In this document: in pieces, positions 13,721-24,539 of the stretch
Layout of the letters: each line of letters opens with the position of its first letter
How positions within the stretch are numbered: the first letter of the stretch is position 1
Assembly: GCA_036172245.1 (NCBI GenBank)
Contig: JAYWIR010000032.1
Location: forward strand, 2,418,001 to 2,482,000
Source: Raillietiella orientalis
Taxonomy: Eukaryota
Direction: 5' to 3'
DNA: 64,000 bases
Made by a program: the position numbers and the translations under genes
The notes under the pieces: generated by a model
Databases searched by the model: none
What the model was told of the DNA's origin: nothing
Seen by the model: the letters and a program-made list of their open reading frames with translations, nothing else

Positions 13721-14760
13721 AAATAATTAACACCACGATCCCTAATAATAAGTATGATATTTATATTGAGAAGAAAGATGAAATCATCCGTTCTCAATTC
13801 TCATATAATCATTCGATTGGTTATATGTTTTAAATACTAAAAGAAATATGAACAAAGGAAGCTAAATTCTTCATTCACCGGCTGCTTAATACATTAACTG
13901 AATGATCAGAATCACAAGAACTAAATGGAGTACAACTCTAAGATAGTAGAGCGAGTAGTTTGGATTTTGGATTTTTCAATAAAGAAAAGAAGACACTATC
14001 AGCGCTTACACTTAATTTTCATTCTCGATTCCAAAAAGATACATCTAGAATGCAGCGTTTTCATGTGGCTATTATAATTTGCAGAAAGATTGCCTTCAGC
14101 TCACTTAAAATCTTCGTTTGTGCTATTTCTACTAATGCATATTCTATTGCTTACTTTAAATCAAAAGAAAAACAGCGATAGTTCAGGGTTTCATTTATTT
14201 CCTATGTTATTTGTCTTGTTCGTTTCTGCTTGAAATTCTTGTAGGCATTCAAGCATATTTGATTTTAAGCTACATATACCTCACGAGTCTACATAGCAAG
14301 TTCATAGCCTCCATATCTAAGTTCCCGTTTAGTGTCGGATCGGGAGTCTTTATTTCGAATACGTAACTGGAGTTTTGTCCAGGTTATTTATTATCTTTTT
14401 ATGCCTAGCATTATGCTTATTAGTGTAATTTCATGTATATTTTCTTGTTTCAGATGTTGTTTACTAACGTATATATATGCATATTTATGTATTTTTTTTT
14501 TATTTGTACTTATTAAGCTTTCCCTTGTGAAAATCTAGTTACCTTCGAGAACCCTGATTTCCTGTTGCTTGGAAAACTATTTTGAAGAAAAATTGCCACC
14601 CGAAACTTCTTCAGTGGTATCATTCATCAGTTGGTGGGGTACAAACCTCAGTAACTCGTTTTATAAGCATTAATAAATTGCATCAGCGATGGTGAAAAAC
14701 ATGAAAGAGATTGAGCCAATACCTAAACCAAAGTGAAGGCTTTTTCGTATTTCAAATATC

Positions 14761-14967
14761 AAGAGTTTGATATACGTATTATGTCAACTGGCTATTCCCT
14801 GTACTATATCTTCTACTCTGTCTTCTATACCTGCAACTCGAATCTTACCGATTTTCTTTGTAGTTTACATATACAGCGTTGCTCCTATGGTGGTTTTTAG
14901 CATTGCTCTAATATTTTGAATGGAATTGAAGTTTTTGATGTGTTTTGGTTACTCTTGGATGTCTGTT
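14761..14967. repeat. Right arm of the ~207-bp inverted repeat (partner 12443-12653)
   Basis: See the left arm. This arm ends about 300 bp upstream of the Derlin ATG. Confidence 0.92.
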
Positions 14968-15265
14968 CATTTTTCTTTTTTTTCCCTTCCAAATCTTCAA
15001 CTTTTCTGACGTTCTATTTTTCAAACAAGTTAGTTTCAACCAGTTATGCCTTACTGACTGTAGAAATTTTCAATAGACGATTTTCACTGTTTGTAAAATG
15101 CGTTGTTTGCTTATAGGCTCTTTCTAAAAGCGCAATACGCAGAACGTATTTGTTGAACAATGCAATTTGGCAAACCTTCATGCGAACGTGTTGCAGTCGT
15201 AAGAATGCCCCTCTACTAATGTCAGATTGCATTTAAATTGACGTAGCTTACAAAAAGTAAAATAA

Positions 15266-16266
15266 ATGGATTTCGGACTGCTTCGTGATGAATTTTATGA
15301 TATACCGGTAGTCACTCGAGTATACAGTTCTGCATGTGTATTTACAACAATAGCTGTGGTTCGTATAAGTTATCTAGATTTTTTGAAAGTGAAATTTTGC
15401 CACCAAATTTTTCTAATCTTAATGTTTTATTTGCCATTAACTTTGTAGCAGTTGGAACTTCTTTCTCCATACCAATTGTACTTCAGCCCTACTTTGGTTC
15501 TGAGGAACTTCCAGGTTTGTATCATCACTAAGGTGCAACAATTAATTATTTAAAAGATCTGGAGACTAGTGACACCGTTTCTATTTTTCGGTACCATTGG
15601 CTTTAATTTCTTTTTCAATTTGGCTTTCACGTATCGGTATTGCCGAATGCTGGAAGAAGTATCTTTTCGTGGAAGAACTGCTGATTTTGTCATGATGCTA
15701 CTATTTGGTAGCAGCATGGTTATTGTATCCTTACTCAAATATCCCTTAATATTCTTAACTAAGGTATAGTTAATTTCCATGTTTGTGAATTTGCTGTTCC
15801 TAGGACAGGCATTTACTTTAATGCTTGTGTACATATGGTCAAGGAGAAATCCTAATGTTAGGATGAATTTTTTTGCCCTTTTAAGTTTTCAGGTTTGAAA
15901 CCAAATTAGGAATGCAGCAGTTAATTGTTTTTGAATTTATAGGCTCCATATCTGCCATGGGTTCTCCTAGCATTTTCTGTATTGTTAGGAAATCCCTTTT
16001 TAGTGGATTTGGTTGGCATGGGTGTTGGACATCTATATTATTTCCTGGAGGACGTATTTCCATATCAACCGTCTGGTTTTAAGATTCTGAAGACACCGCA
16101 AATCCTGTAATGTGCTGGCATATTATCACACCCATAATGGAAGCAGGGATGGTCTGTTGTGTGTTGTTGCAGGAAGCAGTTCTTTGATGCAGCTCCTAAT
16201 GATCCAAATTATAACCCACTACCTGAAGACAGGCCTGGAGGATTTAACTGGGGTCAGCAGCACTGA
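15266..16266 (+). CDS. DERL2: Derlin-2/3 (ERAD rhomboid pseudoprotease), 6 exons, 235 aa
   Basis: Exons are 15266-15358, 15449-15514, 15557-15724, 15770-15892, 15943-16106 and 16173-16266. Motifs: [105 protein letters not shown] at 16313 and 16369. Confidence 0.95.
15725..15769 (+). other. U12-type (minor spliceosome) GT-AG intron, 45 nt
   Basis: The 5' splice site is GTATCCTT. The branch site TTCTTAAC at 15752-15759 ends 10 nt before the intron end, and there is no polypyrimidine tract. Removal restores the Derlin frame (GSSMVI|LISMFV). Confidence 0.85.
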
Positions 16267-16444
16267 AGGAGAAATTTTGCTGAAAAGCTACGAACTAATT
16301 GTAGGTTTTGCAAATAAAACAAAGGCATTAAAAATGGCGTGTGTGTTGCTGGCCACACTGTGAGATCAAATAAATGCACTGATTCTCTGTTGCCTGGGCA
16401 CATTCCACGACTAGAGACTGTCTGAAGCAGCTATTCCTATAACT

Positions 16445-18077
16445 CTACAGTACTACGGATGCCAGCAAAACTGTTATGTCATCTGGTTTCCCTCCTAGGG
16501 CAAAATCACAAAACACTGCTCGCACAAAGGACATGTACCTGTGGCACAAATTCCATTTTTTTGAGCATTCTTGGCAAAGGGTGACAAATGACTGGAGTCA
16601 AACGACAAATTACGTGCTTGAAGAACTAACGAATTTGCCATCTTTTGCAGTGCACTGCCATCTGCTGTGGGCCACAAGGTGGCCAACTGGGGAAGTAGCA
16701 ATGAATCTGGCACATTATCAAACAGTCCATCTGTTCCCAACAGAATAACATCACCTGTTTCCACATCGAATTCTGTTGTTTCTGCCACTTCTGGACTGTA
16801 GCAAACAGAATGAATTTACTTCAAAAAAAGTTGCTTTACCTGTCACTAAGGATTTGGCTACTGGCACCAGGGGGAGCCAAAGACAGTTGGAATGGTGTGT
16901 TAAAATAGTGCTGCTGTTCTTCAGACCGATGCACAATCTGTCCTTTGCGCACTATTAGGAAGGCACTATCTCCTATATTTGCAGTATATAACCTTTTATT
17001 AAGTTTGTTCAGCATAACAACACAAATAGTGCTGCTTCCTAAATAGCATTTGATTTTATAAAGGACAAGACAGTAACAAACTCAATTAATAACCTATAAT
17101 ATGTGCTTTCATCTCTAGAAGCTCGTAATAACTCTGGGCAATCAATGCAGCTGGATCACATGGATTGAAGCGGCCACTAACTACAAAACTCTCACATGTT
17201 TCCATCAATGTGACTGAGAAAATTCCTGGATCAATACCATACTGGCGCCATCCACCAACACCATCAGCCACACCTGAATCAAACATGCACATGTGATTTA
17301 TACAAAACATTATTACTATGCCAGGGTTTGCAAATCATGCATGAAACATGAAAATGCAAGTATTTAAACCTACATAGGCCTGCTTAAGTCATTCATAAAT
17401 TAACCCATCCTGTAAAGGATGATTTGCAACTTTGGAACCCTGTTACTGGCACAATATTAATAACACAAAATTCACATTCATATAATTCAACTACATTACT
17501 TAAGGAAAATTATCCTATGAAATATATGACTTTCCTGTTGGCTGAGAATAAAAATAATCATAGGAATAGAAATCACAGAAATCTTAGAAAATGGATACAT
17601 TTACTTCATTAGGAGACATTACAAAATTATGAATAATGCACACCCATTATGCTGAGCTTTAGTGTAACATTTTCTTAGTTACTTAAATTTCGTCTGTATC
17701 ACTCAGGCTAGGTGATGAATTTTACAATCAAGTCTAACTGTTAAAATAGCAGATGGCACATTTTGTGGACACAGCTAATAACAGAAATGCTAACCAACTC
17801 TTTTACCTATAACGTCTGCAGACTTATTTCTGGCAACAAAGCACGCATCATCTCCAAACTGACAAAACTTGCTTATTCCAGAACGTAAATCCTTAGGAAG
17901 ACCCGCTACAGCCAAATAAAAACTGGATTCAAATTTCTGCTCCCTCGAGCTTTCGGTAGCTGCATCAGCATTTTGAATAAGAGTCCCATGTGTCTCCACA
18001 CAAGCCGAATAGCGTTGTGAACCACCAAATAAGACACGAGATATTATTTTTCCACATGTGAATATGCTTTGTATCAT
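16445..18077 (-). CDS. PPTC7: Protein phosphatase PTC7 homolog (mitochondrial PP2C), 5 exons, 318 aa
   Basis: Exons are 18077-17807, 17273-17094, 17038-16840, 16795-16539 and 16494-16445. Motifs: [81 protein letters not shown]. The N-terminus [19 protein letters not shown] looks like a presequence. Confidence 0.95.
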
Positions 18078-20013
18078 AATGAAAAACAGTGCTCGACCAT
18101 GTTTCAATTTTGTAGCAGTAAATATCACGTGCAAAACATGAACGGATGGGAGCTGCGCACACTGCCTGAGACACCACGAACCTGCATTTCTCTCAACAGG
18201 CACTTGGAAGACGTCGAAGAAAAAATGATAGAGCAATGACGATAATTGGTAAAAAATGTCACTGATGTACGTACACTTCCTTGGAGAGGAAAGCAGTGCT
18301 CGTTCGAGATACTTCCTGAGCATAGGACCTTAGGAAAAGCAATGTGACGTAAAAATACCACAAAAAAAAAAGAACAGCAACAACAACAGACAGCAGATAA
18401 ACAACTCAAATCGGAAATATTATTATTACTTATTCATTGTGAGATTCGATGCCTTTCAGTTTGCAACTAAATTATTACTCCTGGAATAATAATCTAAAAA
18501 CAGTTTCTGCGCATTCAATATACAATCACACACACATAATAGGGCACTTTCAAATAATCTGTAATTAGGAATTATGGGATGCTCGTGAAAAATTCAGTTT
18601 TTATGCCTCAGTTCACCCTTATCGAAGACATGCCTGCAAAAAATTCTACGAAAGGTCAATACCTGCAATCTGCTTCTAGGAGATACGTTCACTTTCCCAA
18701 TCTGCGTGTCCCATAGATAATTTCTTTCCTTTTAATTAAATGAATCAGACAGTCATAGTCAGGTATTCAGGTTTCTTCATTTGATATAATACAATACTGA
18801 CTTTACTTTCATGGTTTTATTTAATAAGATCTCTTACTTCATCTACTTCTTAGTTACAATGCATTTCTCAGAGAGCCGATCCTCTGACAGTTTCCTCGAT
18901 TAAAAATTCAAGGCTGCTCAATGTGCACGCATACGAAAAGCTCATCTCTGTTTTATAAATTAATTTCTCCTCCTCAGACTTCTGGTTACCGCTTTGTTTC
19001 GGCAAACAAAGAAAGCTGAATTTTAATTCTCGTATTTCAGTTTTTTCTTAATTCTACTGTTTGTTGGTTTTTTTGTTAATCTCTCTTCAATGAGCGTCAA
19101 TTCTTCCTGTCAAGTACTAATAAGCTTCATTAGCATCATCCCTTACAATTTCTGAAAGCATTTGGAAATGGTAGAGAATTGATGTAAGCATTCACCTAAC
19201 CTAACATCTCTAATTTTAATGAATAATGGCTTGTCCTGAGGTGAAATGTATTGGATGTAAGGACAATGATGGGGAATGTCGTGAAGAATAGCATTCGAGA
19301 ATTTTACGATGGCTTGTTCTCTCAAGTATACAAAACAACCAAGCATTTCGCACATGACTCTGTCCGGCTGAAGTGTCCGAGTCTTTGAAAAGTTTGCCCG
19401 ATGGCTAGAAAAAGATATGCAAGCAGTTAAAGTCAGAACAGATGATTATTACGGAATTTACAAATGAGACTTACAAATGATTTTTTCATCCTTTTTAAAA
19501 ATCAGTTTTGTTTCAGAACTCAGTCCCTCTTACTGAATATCACACGAAGATTCGAAATTTACTCACAATACAACTAGTGTAAGTATATTTTACGAATAAG
19601 CCTTTGGTTCCTAAAAGCTTGTTTTTCAAAATTTGGCTTAGACCTGTGTAGTTTTTAGCACCTATTGAGTTTTGGTTATAGCTCTGTCTTCAAATATGTT
19701 TTTTCAAACAGCCCGATGACTGATCAAAGTAACTGGATGATTAACCAAAATCATTAATTCTCCAGTAAACATGAATAAATGGATGATCAAAATCAACAGA
19801 ATTGTGATGTGGCTGTCTCACCTGGTTAATGCGCATTTATTTTGAATTTTTATCACAAGTTAAATGAAAGAATCTGCATATTACAAAAAATTGGCTTAAT
19901 ATTTCTTCACGCTTTAAAAAATGCATGCTATCTTAGGTACACCAGCAAGAAAAATAGTGCACCTTATCCCTGTAGACAGTTTCCTATCTTTCCCGTTATG
20001 ATGAATCCAAGCC

Positions 20014-20071
20014 GATGATAAGAGTGATATAGATGATAGATGATAAGAGTGATGATAGATGTGATAAGAGT
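20014..20071. repeat. Short degenerate tandem repeat (GATGATAAGAGTGAT-like, about 3 copies)
   Basis: TGATAAGAGTG occurs three times, separated by GATA/GAT spacers. Confidence 0.7.
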
Positions 20072-21179
20072 GGAAAAAATTCTGTTTGTTATCCGCTTTG
20101 ACCATTTTCATTGGATGAAAGTATGCATCTAAGTTTTCAGTTGCTGTTTAGAACTGGGTCTTTCTAATCACTGGATTTTACAACTAGGCATCCGAGCAGA
20201 ACTGAAGCTGTCCTCATGGATCTTCAAGATCTTCTCTGGAAACGAGTGGGGCTTTCTCCCTGAGTTAAAATCGAACGATTCGTTGAACCTAAATTTCAAT
20301 TTGGAGTTTCAGGTTCAGGTGTCTATACTGAAACTCAGTTCATCAGTTCCTTCTCCCATCGATTTCTCGCTTTCTGATAAATCCTATCCATATTTTGACC
20401 TCATTTTTTTTGTGATTGATTGGTGTGGATCTGATTGATTGGTTTTACATATTTGTTCAAAAGGATGGCTGTTTGTATTTGAATCATCCTGTTATTACAG
20501 CCAAATAGTCAAATACATCTCATAACGCACTCGTAATGTCATGCCAACCATGAAAACCCTTGAAAGGGTCGGCGTTTTGTAAGAATCTTCATTGGCACCA
20601 GAAATCAATAAGATTCAGAACATTCCTTCAGTTTCTTTCAGTGACTTCTGTATAGCTAGGTAACGCATACCATCAATTTTGCAAAGTATCCTGTTTCTCT
20701 GCGACCCTTCAAATTCTCGCTAGAACTGGATGTGAATGCTCCCAGGCAAGGTGCAACGGCAGGGACAATATGGAAACTGGTACTGGACTAAATACCGAAT
20801 GAGGGTTAGGTCACTCTCCTCCTCAAGCTGTTAAGTGTTACGTAAGTAATTTTTTCTCTTCTTAAAATTCACACATAAATATTAGGCATTACCCTTGTTG
20901 CACAGAGTAAGATGGCACGTTCAGGAAAACGGTTACTTTTGCTTCTAATCTTGTTACAGTCAAGGTGATCTTTTTTTTTTTTTTTTTCTACAAAGGGCAG
21001 GTGGCTTTTAGCTGCAAACGCAACTTTCCGTTCTACTTGGTTGATTTCTGAGAAAACTCTCTCGTTCTGTGTCATCGGCGGCACGCCTTCAACAACGGCG
21101 ATTTGAATTCCTTCAGGTGCACCCGAAATTCTAACCTGAAAATCCAAACCTTGGGAATTTGAGACACCAGAAAACCCGC

Positions 21180-21690
21180 TAGGCGGTCCACAGATCCGCT
21201 AAGCTTCATTCAGTTGTTCGAGCGTCCAAGCCGATCATGTGTGCTTCCGGGCAGAGCTTGTGAGTTGTCTGGGAAGAGGGGCAGCACCCGATAGAGTTTG
21301 ACCGCGATGGCGTTTTCGGAAGCTCGGCAGTTTTCCGAGGGCGTTTCGCTTTACTTCCTCTTTGTTTACTTCCTGTATGTGGAGTTCTCTATCTCGGACA
21401 GGGGACTACTCCGGGGACTACCCCGTGGGCAGTGCACCGCGCACTTTGTGACCTGCGCGCCCTCCCGAGTTGGTACGCCTGGCTGGCTGGTAGACGGTTC
21501 GGCGGTGGCGGCGGGCGGTGGTGTTAGTGCATTCCGTGTTTCCGGGTTGCGGCGTCGCGTGTTGGTGGCGATTTCGGGAAGTCCGCGTTTGCTCCGTCCT
21601 TTCAAGCTGCGAGGGTGTCGGCAGAGCTGAGTAGAACCTGCAAGCACTCTGTGGCACATTGGACTTGGTGGACTCTTGAACTTGACCGGG
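21180..21690. promoter_or_regulatory. CpG/GC-rich patch, probable promoter and 5'UTR region of HIBCH
   Basis: Local CpG enrichment in an AT-rich background, immediately upstream of the HIBCH ATG and between the divergent PTC7 and HIBCH genes. Confidence 0.45.
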
Positions 21691-21692
21691 CC

Positions 21693-23941
21693 ATGAAGCA
21701 GTTTCTCCTTTGCAAAAACGTAAGCCTGTCAAGGCACCACGTGAGACAGATGTGTTCATCCGTAGAAGTCATATTTTCTCAAACTGGGAAAACCGGAACA
21801 ATTACTCTCAATCGGCCGAAGGCCCTGAATTCCCTTAATTTAAGCATGATCCGAAGGATATATCCTACTTTGAAGAATTGGGATGATGTGATGAAGCTTG
21901 TGATAATAAAGGTGTTGTGTTCTATTTACTCTTGAAGTTATTTGGTCTTTCGTTTGAGTTAATTCCTGTGAGTCTGGAAAACTAATTTTTGTAATTTTTC
22001 CACATGTGTGAAGCAACCTGTTGGGGAAAGAATAATTCATAGTTATGTCTTTTTGTTTTTATAGGCAGCAGGAGAGAAGGCATTTTGTGCTGGTGGTGAT
22101 GTGAGAGCTGTTGCTGAAGCTGGCCTAAAAGGGGACTCACTATGCCGAGATTTTTTTCGTGAAGAGTACCAATTAAATGCTTTGATAAGCACTTTGAAAG
22201 TACCGTTTGTTGCATTAATTAGTGGTATTACTATGGGTGGTGGTGTGGGACTGTCAGTGCATGGAAAATATCGTGTTGCAACTGAAAAAACAGTATTTGC
22301 TATGCCTGAAACTGCTCTAGGACTGTTCCCCGATGTTGGTGGAAGTTACTTTCTGCCCAAACTGAAAAGACATCTTGGAGTTTTTCTTGCATTGAGTGGT
22401 TTCCGCTTGAATGGGGTGGATGCCTATCATGCAGGCATTGCAACACATTTTTGTGATCACATACATTTACCCACGTTGCAGAAAGACTTGTTAAAGTTAA
22501 ATGATGCTGAACCAGGAGAAGTGCAATCTCTTCTGGATAAATATACCTCATCTTCAGATTTTCTGAAAAGGAATGCATTTTCTTTGAAAAAATATGAGCA
22601 AGCAATTGATAAGTAAGTGCCACTGCCAATACTTGATGCATGCTCAGTTTTCAGGGATCTTTCATGCACAGACATTCCAAGTATGATTGTTTTGTTTGTT
22701 TCTCTTGTGCCCATCCTACATTTTCTGACTTTTCAGATATGCTGGATTGCAGTCAGTTGCATTTCAAGATTTTTCTTTGCAATATTTTGCTATATTCTCA
22801 GGTTTTCTTTGCTTGCCTGTTTCGCTCCTAAGGGTCTTTTGCTGTTGTTTCATCTTCATCTTGTTAAGAATCTGTTGAAAGTCATCACTTCTATTTTCTC
22901 TCTATGAAAACCTTGTTTTTCCGTTGTAAATTAAAATGTAACGATTTTTGGAAACAGTTAAGAAAAAAGGGATGTGAAATGGATATCATAGCTATTGTCG
23001 ATGGAAAAAAGAAAAAAAAAATTAGTATGCATTTGTTATCAACATGGTGGTCACAGCAACACTCGAGTGAAGATTGTGTTTGTGAGACAAAAAGGGACAC
23101 TTGGATTTACCAAACCTACCAAGAAAACTATTATTTAGATTTTAGTGAAATGTGTCATTGGTAGAGTTTTGTGTTCTTTGGAATCTGCTGTTGGATGTGA
23201 GGTTCAGGCACAATTTCAAGTGCATTGGAAGCAGGCCCTGTAACAAATGCAGTTTTCCACCCATTGGTGAAAAAGAAACAGTAAAGCAATGACTATGACT
23301 ATAATGCAACAAATGTTTATTACTTTTGGGACACCTCTTCAGATTGTCATTGACCTGGAGGATTCTTGTAGTATTGTGTTTCAGACCTTGTTGCTGATCA
23401 CTCATCTCATCTCAATTTTCCCTTTTGACATGGAAGGGATAGCCATGTTTCTTCTGAATGCTCCTTCCTGATGTTTGGTTCTTTTCAGGATATTTTCCCT
23501 GCCCACTGTGGAAGAGATTTTTACTGCCCTGGAAACAGAAGGCACCTCTTGGGCATGTGATTTACTGCAAAAGTTGAAAACCATGTCTCCCTTGTCACTC
23601 AAGGTAACACTGTTGCAGCTACACAGAGGGAGCAAGCTAGACCTGAAGGATTGCTTAAAAATGGAGTATCGTCTTTCACAGCATTTCGTCAAACCAGGAA
23701 GTGATTTTTATGAAGGTACAACCAGCTTTTTGTTGATGAGCACTATTTTATGTGTATGGTTCCTTGTGGATGTGAAAGGAGAGTTGGCTTGTTGTCATTT
23801 GTGAATGCAGGTGTGAGAGCCATACTTGTTGACAAGTGTTTGAAACCCAAGTGGAAGCATAGCAGCATAGAAGAGGTTACAGCTGAGGAAGTAGAGTCCA
23901 TGTTTGGGGCACTTCCAGCTAGTGAAGAACTTGAGCTGTAA
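21693..23941 (+). CDS. HIBCH: 3-hydroxyisobutyryl-CoA hydrolase, mitochondrial, 4 exons, about 374 aa
   Basis: Exons are 21693-21911, 22065-22612, 23489-23715 and 23811-23941. Motifs: ITLNRPKALNSL, KAFCAGGDV, FFREEYQLN, GITMGGGVGLSVHG, FAMPETALGLFPDVGG, MSPLSLKVT, DFYEGVRAILVDK. AATAAA at 24132-24137. Confidence 0.95.
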
Positions 23942-24259
23942 AATTGAAGTAAGCTTCACTTCATCTTGAGCATTTATTTCAAATATATGTATATATAAGT
24001 GTGCCACAGCAATATGAGACCCAGGTTTTAGGATTTGCATCAAGCTTGGGATTCTGGAAAGCTGTTTGGTTAGAGGAAGTAGCATTGAGCAAACTATGTG
24101 TGTGGCAGACGTCACCAGCTGCAGGAAGTGTAATAAATAGTGTGACAATCTGTAAAGAGTATTTTAATCACATCACTTCATCATCACGGATTCTGCATGT
24201 CCTTCATTTACCACAGTCAGTTCTTGATAAAAGCACATCAGAATCACAGATCTAGTTCC

Positions 24260-24508
24260 TCACTGCCTTTCATTTCCCATCAACCTGTGAATCACAATGA
24301 GGTCAACTGATTTTAACGAGTGAAGGCCATCACCTTTGGGGAGTCCTGGTTCCTTCCGGATTATCATCATCTGATTCATCTGTGAATGCCCGATTTGAGT
24401 CGTCTGAAAATCAAGGCAATTTTAATTACAGATATAATTTATGCCAACTGAGGAACTCAGTTTCTCCTAAAAGGGAGACAAACGATGAAATGCAGTGTAA
24501 GTGTTTGT

Positions 24509-24539
<31 letters not shown>

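Noticed and set aside
20014..20071. CRISPR-like array
   Set aside because: The units are low-complexity with no unique spacers, the context is eukaryotic, and there are no cas genes.
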